A stretch of 64,000 nt of DNA from a bacterium (GCA_030428125.1 JAUIBF010000001.1:14102-78101), one strand, 5' to 3'. Counted from the stretch's first letter, positions 26,750 to 36,916 are shown. Program-made: numbers and translations. The notes: generated by a model from the letters alone, not told the origin.

Positions 26750-27958
26750 ATGATAAACAAATTAATACATAATATCGCTAGACCACATCATCCATGGCGT
26801 ACTATGAAATTCGACGAGCTTGCCGAAATTTATACCAGTATGACTCTCAGGTCGCTAGGATTTGGAATTATTGGTATCTTTGTTCCGGTTTTTCTTTATA
26901 AGAACGGTGTAGACTTACAGGATATTTTCTATTTCTACGCGCTGTTTTTTCTGTTGCGGGTACCAGTATCTTACGCAACTGCTTTTATAGTTGGGCGTAT
27001 TGGCCCAAAGCATACAATTGCGATAAGTACAGTAATTTTTGTAGTATTCTTAAGTTTACTTTTGACTTTTGAGATTTATGACTGGCCACTTGGGTTAATG
27101 GCCCTATTTTTTACGATAGCAAATGGGATGTTTTTTGTAGCTTACAATACAGATTTTTCTAAGGTTAATCATAAAAAACATGGAGGCAAGGAGCTCGGGT
27201 GGTTATATATTTTTGAACGGGCTGGGTACGCTCTAGGTCCATTTGTCGGTGGCCTAATAGCAAGTTTCATTGCGCCCGAGCTTACCATAGTTGTTGCTGT
27301 TTTGGTCATGATAGGATCACTAATTCCACTTTTTATGACCAACGAACCTGTTAAATTGCATCAAAAAATTGACTTTAAGGGATTCAAACCTCTTCGTTAT
27401 CGTTCAAACTTTATTTCGTTAGCAGCATTTAATATTGAAAATGTCGCGTCGACCATTATGTGGCCACTATTAGTTGCAGTATTCATATTTGTCGATGACA
27501 CTTACGCAAAACTGGGTGCTGTAATAGGGCTAGGAATGGTAATTTCTATATTTAGCGCCAGAATGTTCGGAAAATTTATAGACAACAAAAAAGGGTTATT
27601 TCTACTTCAGTACGGTGTAATTATGGACTCAGTTTTACATACAATCAGGCCGTTCATCACTACAGGTGCCGGTGCAATCGCAGTTAGTGTCTCTAACGAG
27701 CCAATTACCTTGTCTTACAAAATGCCTCTAGTAAAGGGCTGGTACGACCAAGCCGATTCGATAGAAGGCTACAGAATTGTTTACCTCACATGGTCTGAAA
27801 TGATAACAGGATTTTCTAAGGGAGCTTATTGTTTAGCATTATTTATTGCTTGTTATTTCTGGGACCCACTAACCGTACTAAGAAATAACTTTTTCATAGT
27901 TGCACTAATTGCGCTCTTGATGTTCTTGCAAAAATTCCCAGCGCTAAAAAAGGTATAA
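26750..27958 (+). CDS. MFS-like polytopic membrane transporter
   Basis: 402 aa with about 12 hydrophobic segments. Confidence 0.5.
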   Translation: MINKLIHNIARPHHPWRTMKFDELAEIYTSMTLRSLGFGIIGIFVPVFLYKNGVDLQDIFYFYALFFLLRVPVSYATAFIVGRIGPKHTIAISTVIFVVFLSLLLTFEIYDWPLGLMALFFTIANGMFFVAYNTDFSKVNHKKHGGKELGWLYIFERAGYALGPFVGGLIASFIAPELTIVVAVLVMIGSLIPLFMTNEPVKLHQKIDFKGFKPLRYRSNFISLAAFNIENVASTIMWPLLVAVFIFVDDTYAKLGAVIGLGMVISIFSARMFGKFIDNKKGLFLLQYGVIMDSVLHTIRPFITTGAGAIAVSVSNEPITLSYKMPLVKGWYDQADSIEGYRIVYLTWSEMITGFSKGAYCLALFIACYFWDPLTVLRNNFFIVALIALLMFLQKFPALKKV

Positions 27959-27968
27959 TGCATTACAT

Positions 27969-28571
27969 ATGGCCAAGCATAAACATTTAGAGAAAAATGC
28001 ACTGTTGCGACTTGCAGTGTTTGGGGTGGCAACAGTCGTTTTTGTTGCACTAAGCATCTTTGGGCTTATTAGAAACTCGCAGGGAGCCGTAGAGCGATAT
28101 GATGCGCTCAAAGCAGTGGATGAGTCCGGAGGAGATGTAGAATCGGCTTTAAATGACCTTAGAACTTATATATATAGTCATATGAACACGAGAATCGGTA
28201 GTGAATTAGGTCTAAGACCCCCAATTCAGCTAAGTGGTACGTACGAAAGATTGGTAGAGGCAGAAAGAGAACGAGTATCAAAAATAAACAGTGCTTTAGA
28301 GCCAAAAGCCATTACCTATTGTGAAGCGCGGAAACCCGATGGTTTTTCTGGACGTTATAGGCTTGACTGTATCGAGGAGTACAAGGACGAAAATGGAGCA
28401 AAAGAGCAACCAATCGAAGACGATTTTTACAAATTCGACTTTGCACCTCCTCGTTGGTCTCCTGACTTGGCTGGATTTAGTATATTGATTGCAGTAATTT
28501 CCGGAATTGCTTTTCTAGTACAGTTAATACTCTACTTTAGAGTTCGCCACGCAGTTCATTACAGTAATTAA
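27969..28571 (+). CDS. hypothetical membrane protein (N- and C-terminal TM segments)
   Basis: 200 aa with no recognised motif. Confidence 0.45.
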   Translation: MAKHKHLEKNALLRLAVFGVATVVFVALSIFGLIRNSQGAVERYDALKAVDESGGDVESALNDLRTYIYSHMNTRIGSELGLRPPIQLSGTYERLVEAERERVSKINSALEPKAITYCEARKPDGFSGRYRLDCIEEYKDENGAKEQPIEDDFYKFDFAPPRWSPDLAGFSILIAVISGIAFLVQLILYFRVRHAVHYSN

Positions 28572-28600
28572 AAAACCACCCAAATAAAGGGTGGTTTTTT
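28572..28600. terminator. bidirectional Rho-independent terminator
   Basis: AAAAA-CCACCC-aaataaa-GGGTGG-TTTTTT lies between convergent genes. Confidence 0.75.
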
Positions 28601-28617
28601 AGGTTCCTGATTTTTAA

Positions 28618-29322
28618 CTATGGAGTAGTTGTTTCAGGTGTCTCGGTTTCGGTTTCGGTTTCAGTGTCAGCTGGGGTCGTGTCTTCCGTTGTCGGAGTGT
28701 CATCGACTTCTTCTGTTCCGGTTGGTTGTGTTTGCTGATTCTGCTGAGTCTGTCGACCGTTAGCATCAAATTCCTTGATTGCAGTTACAACTTGACCATC
28801 ATCTTTTAGGTTTTCCCAGTAAAGAACCTTGTCTCTAGCGATAAACATTTCATCTTCAGGGCCATGAAGCTCGTTGCCCAGCTTTGCAAGGCTAATGTTT
28901 GCTTGTTGTTGTTGGTTTTCACCTTGTGGCTGGATAGGATTTTCAACTCGAACGTAGAATATATCAGTTAGGTGGTACAGGCTACTGTTGTAGATAGCCA
29001 GTTTACCAAAGTAAACTTGTCCATCTTGGCTGTCTAGGAATATGGCCTGATAGCGATCTTTATTAATCAGATCGGCCTCTTTATTTCCTGATCCACCACC
29101 AAATACTAGTCCGACAATTAAAGCCGCAATAATAACCGTTACTGCAAATAACAAGAATACAGGCACTATTTTGTGAAGTGCTGATTCTCCTTTATCGCTT
29201 TTGCCACTGTTCATTGGCTTAAAAGACTGAGTTGGTTGTTCGTTGTTTTGTCCGTGACTGCCTGTGTTTTGAGTATTTTGAGGCATCTGTCCTGGGCGAT
29301 TGCCTCTGTTGGCAAAATCCAT
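28618..29322 (-). CDS. membrane-anchored Q/T/E-rich hypothetical protein
   Basis: The start is taken at the ATG 29320-29322, which has a purine-rich SD. The ORF track starts at the GTG at 29346. Confidence 0.5.
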   Translation of the reverse strand: MDFANRGNRPGQMPQNTQNTGSHGQNNEQPTQSFKPMNSGKSDKGESALHKIVPVFLLFAVTVIIAALIVGLVFGGGSGNKEADLINKDRYQAIFLDSQDGQVYFGKLAIYNSSLYHLTDIFYVRVENPIQPQGENQQQQANISLAKLGNELHGPEDEMFIARDKVLYWENLKDDGQVVTAIKEFDANGRQTQQNQQTQPTGTEEVDDTPTTEDTTPADTETETETETPETTTP

Positions 29323-29430
29323 TTCCCACCTATCCTTTCTTTTCACAAAAGTGTTGTTTATACAAATTTCAGTTTAATGCATAAGCAGTATCTAAAGCAA
29401 CCACTTTTTACGCCTAAGTGATAAAAATAG

Positions 29431-29460
29431 TTGACAAGTGTTTGCTAGAGGGGGTATGGT
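29431..29460 (+). promoter_or_regulatory. sigma70-type promoter
   Basis: TTGACA (29431-29436), an 18-nt spacer, TATGGT (29455-29460). An AAGAGGGGAG SD lies downstream. Confidence 0.55.
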
Positions 29461-29503
29461 GAGATTACCAAATTAAAGTTAAGAGGGGAGCGCTGACAAA
29501 GCC

Positions 29504-29704
29504 ATGGCTTACAAGCACACAAACTCAAAGGGTGTAACTTACTATCTAAACTCGAAGGACGTAACACTCCGAGGTGGTAAGACACAAACTATCTATTATT
29601 TCTCAAAGGACGAACGACCAGAAGCTGTTGACGCAGTTCCAGCTGGTATGCAAGTCAACGAAAACCCACGAAACGGTTTCTTGACTGTTAGCCGCAAGAA
29701 ATAA
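29504..29704 (+). CDS. small basic conserved-looking protein (66 aa)
   Basis: Strong promoter, SD and terminator. The sequence begins MAYKHTNSKGVTYYLNSKDVTLRGGKTQTIYYF. Confidence 0.55.
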   Translation: MAYKHTNSKGVTYYLNSKDVTLRGGKTQTIYYFSKDERPEAVDAVPAGMQVNENPRNGFLTVSRKK

Positions 29705-29729
29705 TCTCTACACTAAAAAGTAGATCAAA

Positions 29730-29763
29730 ATAGCCCAAGCCTCAAAACAGCTGGGCTATTTTT
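29730..29763 (+). terminator. Rho-independent terminator
   Basis: ATAGCCCA-loop-TGGGCTAT followed by TTTT. Confidence 0.7.
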
Positions 29764-29802
29764 AGTTGCAACAGATAAAACAAATGGATAAAGTAGTAGT
29801 TA

Positions 29803-30573
29803 ATGAGTAAAAGGGATACTAAAAACATTGTTACGGTCAAGAACCTGACCAAAACTTACGATGACAAAAACGTAGTCGATGGTATTAGTTTTGAGGTAAA
29901 AAAAGGCGAAATTTTCGGCATTCTAGGTCCAAATGGTGCCGGCAAGACCACAACTCTAGAAATGCTGGAGACAATGCGTGAAATTGATGGGGGTGAAGCG
30001 CTAATTGCCGGAATTGATGTTAAAAAACAACCCAATAAAGTCAAAGAAATAATTGGCGTGCAACCCCAGACGCCTAACTTTGAAGAAAAAACCAAACTAA
30101 CTGAAATAATCGACTTTCTCGCATCTTGTTACGGCGAAAAAGTCGATGCCAAAGAAATCCTAAAAAGCGTTCAACTGGAAGAAAAGGCCAGTTCTTACCC
30201 TGAGCAACTTTCAGGTGGCCAGAGGCAGAGATTCAGTATCTCGACAGCACTCGTTCACGGGCCCAAAGTATTCTTCCTAGACGAGCCAACAACCGGCTTA
30301 GACCCGCAAGCTAGACGTAACCTATGGGATCTTGTCAAGCAAGTGCGCGATAGAGGAATAACCGTGATTATGACTACGCACTATATGGATGAAGCAGAGT
30401 TATTGTGTGATAGAGTTGCTGTTATGGATGAGGGCAAAATAATTGCCCTAGACACCCCAAAGAAACTGATTAAACAACTGCTAGCCAAGGGATTCAAGAA
30501 AGAACAACATGTCGAGCAAGCTGACCTAGAAGATGTGTTTATTGACCTAACCGGAAAGGCTTTGAGGGAATAA
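29803..30573 (+). CDS. ABC transporter ATP-binding protein (ABC-2/DrrA-like)
   Basis: GPNGAGKTT Walker A, the LSGGQRQR signature and FLDEPTTGLD Walker B. Confidence 0.9.
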   Translation: MSKRDTKNIVTVKNLTKTYDDKNVVDGISFEVKKGEIFGILGPNGAGKTTTLEMLETMREIDGGEALIAGIDVKKQPNKVKEIIGVQPQTPNFEEKTKLTEIIDFLASCYGEKVDAKEILKSVQLEEKASSYPEQLSGGQRQRFSISTALVHGPKVFFLDEPTTGLDPQARRNLWDLVKQVRDRGITVIMTTHYMDEAELLCDRVAVMDEGKIIALDTPKKLIKQLLAKGFKKEQHVEQADLEDVFIDLTGKALRE

Positions 30574-30576
30574 ACT

Positions 30577-31695
30577 ATGTCTGACTTACGAAAAGCCCTT
30601 TTGCCTATAACTACCTTTGTTCCGATGGATATAAAACGTCTTTTTCGCGACAAAGTTGCAATTTTCTTCGTATTTGTTTTTCCATTAATTTTCCTACTCA
30701 TTTTCGGGAGTATTTTTAGTGGTGACAACAATGTATCTTTTAGAATTGCTGTGTTTAACGAATCCGACTCAGAAATTGCAAATGGTCTAGAATCACAGAT
30801 GATAGATAATGATTTCTTCGATGTTGATGAAGAAGTTACGACTACCGTTCAAGCTAATGAAAAAATGGGTCGTGGGCAACTTGATGCAACTGTAACTTTG
30901 CCCTCAGATTTCGGCCATTCTCAGGAAGGCTCAAGTGGTCCATCCGGAAATATTGAGATTACCTACAACCAATCAAACGAAAATGCAGGTCGTACTCTAG
31001 CGTCAGTTTTGGATTCTATGATGAACGAAGTCAATTCTCAATTTGTTGATACTTCTGTACCGTTTACAGTCACTGCTGAATCTACTGCTAGCGAAGGATT
31101 GACCCAGTTCGATTATACATTCTCAGGCATTCTAGGCTTTACACTACTTTCACTTGGGGTTTTTGGCCCAACAACTGTATTTCCAAGGTTGAAACAAAAA
31201 GGAGTTTTACGACGCTACAAATCAACTCCACTGAAGGTCTGGCAGTTCTTTGTTGCTAACGTGCTATCTAATGCGTTTGTTGGTTTGCTGGCACTAATTA
31301 TCATGTTCTTGGCCGCAGTATTCATTTTTGATCTAAATATGCGTGGAAGCATAATCAATCTTTCAATTGTGGTGGTTCTGGGCACGATATTGTTGTTTGG
31401 AATTGGTCTAGCCGTTGGTGGATGGGCGAAAAATGAAAATCAAGCAGCACCAATAGCACAATTGGTTACTTTGCCAATGATGTTCCTGAGCGGCGTGTTC
31501 TTCCCAGTTTTCTTGATGCCAGAATTACTCCAGAACATCACTAGATTCATACCACTAACACCGATAATTGACTCCATCCGTTTGGTTATAACCGAAAATG
31601 CTAGCTTAATCGACTTAGCTCCTGAACTAGGAATTATGATCGGCTGGACGGTGATTATTTATCTGATTGCTTTCAAACTCTTCTCTTGGGAGTAG
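30577..31695 (+). CDS. ABC-2 type transporter permease
   Basis: 372 aa with one N-terminal TM segment, a large loop and 5 C-terminal TM segments. It is adjacent to the ATPase gene. Confidence 0.75.
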   Translation: MSDLRKALLPITTFVPMDIKRLFRDKVAIFFVFVFPLIFLLIFGSIFSGDNNVSFRIAVFNESDSEIANGLESQMIDNDFFDVDEEVTTTVQANEKMGRGQLDATVTLPSDFGHSQEGSSGPSGNIEITYNQSNENAGRTLASVLDSMMNEVNSQFVDTSVPFTVTAESTASEGLTQFDYTFSGILGFTLLSLGVFGPTTVFPRLKQKGVLRRYKSTPLKVWQFFVANVLSNAFVGLLALIIMFLAAVFIFDLNMRGSIINLSIVVVLGTILLFGIGLAVGGWAKNENQAAPIAQLVTLPMMFLSGVFFPVFLMPELLQNITRFIPLTPIIDSIRLVITENASLIDLAPELGIMIGWTVIIYLIAFKLFSWE

Positions 31696-31700
31696 AGTTT

Positions 31701-31768
31701 CATGAGAGGAGGTGACTCCTCCCCTCATCGCGCAGGAAAACGGAATAAATCCGTTTTGCTGGCTACTC
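31701..31768 (+). ncRNA. unclassified two-hairpin RNA motif, copy 2 (3' UTR of the ABC operon)
   Basis: TCATGAG-AGGAGGtgactCCTCCC-CTCATCGCGCAGGAAAA-CGGAATAAATCCG-TTTTGCTGGCTACTC. It has the same architecture as 3248-3316 in minus sense. Confidence 0.5.
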
Positions 31769-31784
31769 CCCACCCAAAGAAAAA

Positions 31785-31810
31785 GCCACCCTTACAAATG
31801 GGTGACTTTT
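31785..31810 (+). terminator. Rho-independent terminator
   Basis: GCCACCC-ttacaaat-GGGTGAC followed by TTTT. Confidence 0.6.
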
Positions 31811-31842
31811 CTGGTTCCAGCTGGCGCTAAATTACTTTTGTA

Positions 31843-32043
31843 ACTCTTACTTCTTCGCAAGAAGGTTGCGCAGCCATTTCGAAATCGCTGGTAACCGCCG
31901 CTTCATGAAGACGGCTGTCTCTCAAGACGCTTTTATTCTATCACAAGTTTGCATTAAGCAATAGGATTATGCGTAGTATTTTTAACATACAAAAAGGCCG
32001 GCTTATTGCCGGCTAATTTGTCCTTTTGCGAAGAAGTAAGAGT
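31843..32043. repeat. 18-bp perfect inverted repeat bracketing 165 bp of ORF-free sequence
   Basis: actcttacttcttcgcaa (31843-31860) is the exact reverse complement of ttgcgaagaagtaagagt (32026-32043). Confidence 0.8.
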
Positions 32044-32235
32044 GCAAGCACACATGGTCTATGCGTGCTGTCAAGCAGTATGCTTGCGTACTAGATTGTA
32101 TAATGTCAACTACTTTTGTGCAATATTAGTGTTCAAAAGTACAACAAATAACTCTTTAAAGGCGCTAATGTGATATTAATCAAAGTTGTAAAAACTATTG
32201 AAAAATAAGCACAAACGTGATATAATACTAATACT

Positions 32236-32544
32236 ATGCCAAATACTCCAGATAACACACCTAGCGCTGATGCCCGAGAGGCTTATGCCGGCAAAAACCC
32301 AGACTCTGATTACGGTGGCCGCTGGCAAGTGCCAGGCAGTGGGGTAGTTGGCAGTTCTGTTGAATCTGTGCCTGTTGATGTGCCTAAGGTTCCAGAACAA
32401 CTAGACTTATTTGATCAGCCGACAGATACTCCTACACAAAGCTCTCCTAAAAAAGACAAGTACGGTCATGTAGAAGGCGCCGCCGCACGAGCATTACGTG
32501 CAGCCGACCAAGCATATATCCGTAGCCAACTAAGAGGTAAATAA
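32236..32544 (+). CDS. hypothetical protein
   Basis: 102 aa. A TGATATAAT extended -10 lies 9 nt upstream of the ATG, so the mRNA is near-leaderless. Confidence 0.45.
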   Translation: MPNTPDNTPSADAREAYAGKNPDSDYGGRWQVPGSGVVGSSVESVPVDVPKVPEQLDLFDQPTDTPTQSSPKKDKYGHVEGAAARALRAADQAYIRSQLRGK

Positions 32545-32545
32545 T

Positions 32546-33325
32546 ATGCCGCCACAATCAAAGCCAGTTCAACCTGAGCTAGAGGGGATGCCGCAAAGTC
32601 CGGCAAACCCAAACAGAAAATACGCCTTCGGCGGATTTATAAAAGCTGAAATATATGATGTATTTGGTGAACTACCAACCGATGAGTTGACGCAGGCCGA
32701 AAAAGACTGGTTTACACCTAGGCGTTTAGAGCAAATTTGCTTAGTCAGCCATGAAGATAAGCAGGTATATAACGAACGCGAACGCTTTGCTGGTGTGCTA
32801 CTGAGTGCTTACGAACGAACCGCTTTGCTTTATGCTCCAGAAAACCTAGGCAACCGAGCACTAGCCAGAACCCTAAATGCCAGCACTGAAGTTGATGAAG
32901 AAGCAATTGAGAGAAGCAAGCGTAGTTCAGTGCATGCTATAGAGCGGAAAGTAGAAGGCATGAAGGCCCACACCGAAAGTTTAACCACTAGGCGCAGCGA
33001 TATAATTGAACTGCACAAAGAAGCTAGAGCACCAGGTTATGCTCATAAACCTAAAGAGCGCATGCAACAGCTATTTTCTGCATCTTGGCAGGAGCTGCTG
33101 AACTTAGTCGACATTCTTCAAGAAAAACGTGGTTATGATGATGAACAGAAACAAAAACTGCTGGCCTCCGCTGTAAATTATCTGACGACTGGTCCACAAA
33201 AAGATCGAGTAAAAAACTGGAAAGAGTTGTTGGAGTTCCAGATTCGGTACCTCAACGCCCGGGTTGGAATTTTTGAACGCCGCATAAAAGTTTCTGAATC
33301 GGTACTAGAACAGGCTGAAGTATAA
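32546..33325 (+). CDS. hypothetical protein
   Basis: 259 aa. It starts 1 nt after the upstream stop. No recognised motif. Confidence 0.5.
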   Translation: MPPQSKPVQPELEGMPQSPANPNRKYAFGGFIKAEIYDVFGELPTDELTQAEKDWFTPRRLEQICLVSHEDKQVYNERERFAGVLLSAYERTALLYAPENLGNRALARTLNASTEVDEEAIERSKRSSVHAIERKVEGMKAHTESLTTRRSDIIELHKEARAPGYAHKPKERMQQLFSASWQELLNLVDILQEKRGYDDEQKQKLLASAVNYLTTGPQKDRVKNWKELLEFQIRYLNARVGIFERRIKVSESVLEQAEV

Positions 33326-33335
33326 TAGTCATCTG

Positions 33336-34280
33336 ATGAGCAAGCCGTTTTTTGTACTAGCCCCAATGGATGATGTTACCGATACGGTATTTCGACGTGT
33401 TGTTGATGATTGTGCTTCGGCTGATTACTACGTCACAGAGTTCGTGAATGTAGACGGGCTTTGCAGTGCGGGACGGGAAAGAATCTTGCCTAAACTCAGT
33501 ACACAGCAGGACAAGGGCACCGTTATTGCTCAAATATGGGGTAAAAAACCAGAAAACTTCGAAACAATCGCCAGAGAGATTGCAGACGGAACAATTCAGG
33601 GGTTTTCTGGAGTTGATATTAATTTTGGTTGTCCTGACAAAGCTGTAGTTAAGAATGAATGTTGTTCTGCCATGCAGCAGCCACACTTGCGAGAGCAAGC
33701 AGGAGAGCTAATCCAGGCAACTTTGGATGGTCTGGGTGGACGGCTCCCATTAACCCTTAAAACTAGACTGGGCTTCAAAGACATTGACTATACTTGGCAC
33801 GAATTTTTATTGAGTTTTAAACCGATGATGCTTACTGTGCATGTCCGGACCACAAAACAAATGAGCAAAGTTCCAGCCAAGTGGGAAGCGATTTTACCGA
33901 TACTTGAATTAAGAGATAAAATTTCACCCGAAACCAAGATAGTATTGAATGGTGACATAGTTGACCGTAAACACGGAGAAGAACTGGCAGAAAAATATGG
34001 CGTGGATGGAATCATGATTGGCCGTGGAATCTTCCACAATCCGTATTGCTTCGAGGAGAAAGACATCTGGTCAGAAATGGGTAGAGAAGAGCGAATTGAA
34101 CTGTTTAAAAAACACCTAGAACTATTCGAAAATACTTACAAAAACGGTGAACGAAAATTTAATCCATTGAAGAAATTTGCCAAAATATACATCTCTGACT
34201 TTCCTGGTGCATCAGAACTACGCGACAAAGTCATGCACACCAACTCTGTCGAGGGAGCCCTAGAAGTAATTAATACATAA
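33336..34280 (+). CDS. tRNA-dihydrouridine synthase
   Basis: FVLAPMDDVTDTVFRRV, VDINFGCP and GIMIGRG are Dus-family motifs. Confidence 0.85.
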   Translation: MSKPFFVLAPMDDVTDTVFRRVVDDCASADYYVTEFVNVDGLCSAGRERILPKLSTQQDKGTVIAQIWGKKPENFETIAREIADGTIQGFSGVDINFGCPDKAVVKNECCSAMQQPHLREQAGELIQATLDGLGGRLPLTLKTRLGFKDIDYTWHEFLLSFKPMMLTVHVRTTKQMSKVPAKWEAILPILELRDKISPETKIVLNGDIVDRKHGEELAEKYGVDGIMIGRGIFHNPYCFEEKDIWSEMGREERIELFKKHLELFENTYKNGERKFNPLKKFAKIYISDFPGASELRDKVMHTNSVEGALEVINT

Positions 34281-34309
34281 GCGATTTTCGTGTAAAATGT
34301 AACTAACAC

Positions 34310-35872
34310 ATGGCACGGATATCAAAACGTATAAAGAAGCCTAAGAAAGTCCTATATTTTAAAGGATATCTTAAGAATGATTTAGAGTTTGTTGACCCTG
34401 GTCGCTTACGTGAGAAGATTAACGAGCAGGCTCATTTTTCGATTCTTTACATAACTCTTCTAGTTACTTCTGTCTTAGTATGTACGCTAGGTTTGCTGAC
34501 CGACAGCACAGCCATTGTTATTGGTGGTATGTTGATTGCTCCCCTGATGTGGCCGTTAGCAAGACTCGGATTCGGCATTGCTCACCGTTCAAAAGTCCAT
34601 CTATATAGAGGATTTGCGCTCGTATTGGCAAGCATTATTGTCGGGACATTGAGTGCTTACATAATTACTTCAATTTCGCCGATTAAGGTGATCAACGACG
34701 AAATTTTAGCCAGAACTTCACCTACTCTAATGGATTTATTCATTGCACTTGCAGCAGGTGTAGTTGCAGCTATAGCAATCACCCAAAAGAAAATCGCCGA
34801 TTCATTAGCTGGCGTGGCTATCGCAGTCTCATTGATGCCACCGTTGTGCACAGTAGGAATTGCTTTGTCACTCAGAAACGTTCCATACAGTCTAGGCGCG
34901 CTATTGCTGTTTGCTGTTAATGCAGCATGTATTACTCTGGTTACTACCATTGTGTTTATATGGACTCAGCATGCCCGAAAAGAACAAGTCCATATCGCCA
35001 AAAAAGCTGCAGCAGTGAACTTGTTTTTCGTTTTGCTCCTTTCCATCCCTTTAGTAGGGTTCTTGCGTTCGTATAGTTTTGAGCTGCAGTCGTATGGAAT
35101 CATTACCAACGAAATGAATAAATACATTGACGACAAAGATCCAGCCGCGGCTTTTGAGAATATTAATATTGAACAAACCGACAGGTCCACCTTAGCGATA
35201 TCTGCAGATTTACTAATACCAACAGATATTTCATACACTTTTGAAGATAACGATAAGTTAATAAGTACACTAGAAGCAAAATTAAACAAAGAAGTTTTAT
35301 TAAATTTACGAATTCAAGAAATTATTGAACCAATTAGTAAGGACCAAAAGGACAACGAGGCCTTAATTACAAATTTAAACCACAGATTGTCCGAAGAATT
35401 AACCAGCATAGACAGCTCGTATAAAGTTAGTTCTGTAAGTGTAGTAGAAAACGAATCGGGTGGGTGGATTATTTCTTCAGAAGTACTGACTAGTCCCGAC
35501 GCTGTCCCGACATCAGATACGGTTACGAATTTAAGCGATCTTTTGAGTCGTGAGTTTAACGAAAACGTAAAAGTTAACATCACATTCCTGCCACAATTAA
35601 CCCTGAGGTCTGATGAGCAGTCACTAGTCGATGAAATCCAAGAAACAGTGGAGAACTCTACTGCTAGCAGAAATCCGACTTCACAGGTGAGCAATCTGGT
35701 TTACACGTCTAATAATTTAGGCAACAGAGTGGTATTTACGATTACTACCAGTACCCCCGAGCTATACTCAGAGGAATTCATAGACGAAATTCGAAGCATT
35801 CTTCAGTCGCAGCTAGACGAAGTTGTGTCGATTAGAGTTAGGCTTGTAGCCGCTGTAGATATCGAAGGCTGA
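34310..35872 (+). CDS. DUF389/TIGR00341-like membrane protein with large C-terminal soluble domain
   Basis: The TM region contains GGMLIAPLMWPL and GVAIAVSLMPPLC, typical of DUF389. Confidence 0.6.
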   Translation: MARISKRIKKPKKVLYFKGYLKNDLEFVDPGRLREKINEQAHFSILYITLLVTSVLVCTLGLLTDSTAIVIGGMLIAPLMWPLARLGFGIAHRSKVHLYRGFALVLASIIVGTLSAYIITSISPIKVINDEILARTSPTLMDLFIALAAGVVAAIAITQKKIADSLAGVAIAVSLMPPLCTVGIALSLRNVPYSLGALLLFAVNAACITLVTTIVFIWTQHARKEQVHIAKKAAAVNLFFVLLLSIPLVGFLRSYSFELQSYGIITNEMNKYIDDKDPAAAFENINIEQTDRSTLAISADLLIPTDISYTFEDNDKLISTLEAKLNKEVLLNLRIQEIIEPISKDQKDNEALITNLNHRLSEELTSIDSSYKVSSVSVVENESGGWIISSEVLTSPDAVPTSDTVTNLSDLLSREFNENVKVNITFLPQLTLRSDEQSLVDEIQETVENSTASRNPTSQVSNLVYTSNNLGNRVVFTITTSTPELYSEEFIDEIRSILQSQLDEVVSIRVRLVAAVDIEG

Positions 35873-35877
35873 TAAAT

Positions 35878-36219
35878 TTACTGGTGGTATTTTTCGCCCC
35901 ATTCGGCCATTTTTACTAGGACTTCCTGTAGTTCCTGGCCTTTTGCAGTAAGACCGTATTTATAGCGAGGAGGGTGTTCGTTATACTTATTCTTTGTAAT
36001 AATTTCTGAGATTTCGAGTTTTGACAGTCTATCGCTCAACGTTCTAGGGCTAATACCGGCTAAGTCAATCTCGAGCTCGCCAAACGTTTTTTGTCCCGAC
36101 ACCAGTTGCCCGAGTAACAGGGGGGTCCACTTGTCTCCAAGAATTTTCAAAGCAGACTGTATGCAGCCAGGACGCTTTTCGATGCTCATGCAAGCAGGTT
36201 TGACGGTTTGAAATGCCAT
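35878..36219 (-). CDS. HxlR-family transcriptional regulator
   Basis: ILGDKWTPLLLGQL...FGELE...ISPRTLSDRLSKLE...Y.LT.KG. Confidence 0.8.
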   Translation of the reverse strand: MAFQTVKPACMSIEKRPGCIQSALKILGDKWTPLLLGQLVSGQKTFGELEIDLAGISPRTLSDRLSKLEISEIITKNKYNEHPPRYKYGLTAKGQELQEVLVKMAEWGEKYHQ

Positions 36220-36364
36220 TTCCCTACCATTTTATCACAAAGTAACTTTACAAAGTGTAGTTACGTGTAGTACTGTAGAGACTGCACTGTTACTATAAAT
36301 AGTAAAGTGACAATACAAACTAGTGTGATTTATGTCACATTCTCTTAAAAATAAGGATTTTATT

Positions 36365-36916
36365 ATGGTTAAAAATATTAAACTTATAGTCGGCTCTACT
36401 AGGAATGGTCGCAAAGCGCGAATGGTCGCAGAATGGCTACAAAAACAAGCTAAAGATGAAAATTACGATCTAGAAATTATAGACCTTAGAGACATGAACC
36501 TGCCACTTTTCGATTCGGCTGTATCCCCGGCCTATATGGATGTCGATACACCAGAAGCAAAAAACTGGTCAAAAGTTATTACTGACTCTGACGGATTAGT
36601 TTTTCTAACAGCAGAGCACAATAGAAGTATCCCTGCTTCTTTAAAGAGTGCAATCGATTATTTGTTTAAGGAATGGGAAGGTAAGCCAACGGCTATTGTA
36701 AGTTACGGTTTCATTGATGGTGGAGCTAGCGCTACTAATCACCTCAAAGATATCTTAAACTGGTGCAAAGTAAACCTTGTAGAACCAAATGTAGCACTTC
36801 CCTTTACGCAAGATACCTTCGATAGTAATTCTGGAGAAATTGCAGACGCAGACAAATCTTTCTCAGAGCATAGAGAAGATTTCATCAAATCACTGGAAGC
36901 AATTGAGAACGCATAA
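36365..36916 (+). CDS. NAD(P)H-dependent FMN reductase family oxidoreductase
   Basis: IKLIVGSTRNGR and AEHNRSIPASLKSAIDY. It is divergent from the HxlR gene. The start is the ATG at 36365, which has an AAGGA SD. Confidence 0.75.
   Translation: MVKNIKLIVGSTRNGRKARMVAEWLQKQAKDENYDLEIIDLRDMNLPLFDSAVSPAYMDVDTPEAKNWSKVITDSDGLVFLTAEHNRSIPASLKSAIDYLFKEWEGKPTAIVSYGFIDGGASATNHLKDILNWCKVNLVEPNVALPFTQDTFDSNSGEIADADKSFSEHREDFIKSLEAIENA

Noticed and set aside
28640-28680. Short tandem GGTTTC repeats (and E/T-rich repeats around 46680-46860) as possible non-coding tandem or CRISPR-like repeats
   Set aside because: They lie inside ORFs and encode ETETET / E-T-rich low-complexity linkers. There is no spacer-repeat periodicity.
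31996-32016. CCGGCTTAT, resembling the RNase P RNA P4 3' strand (ACAGAAnnCGGCTTA)
   Set aside because: No GAGGAAAGTCC-type 5' partner or other RNase P conserved regions occur in the surrounding 500 bp. The segment is simply a GC hairpin.
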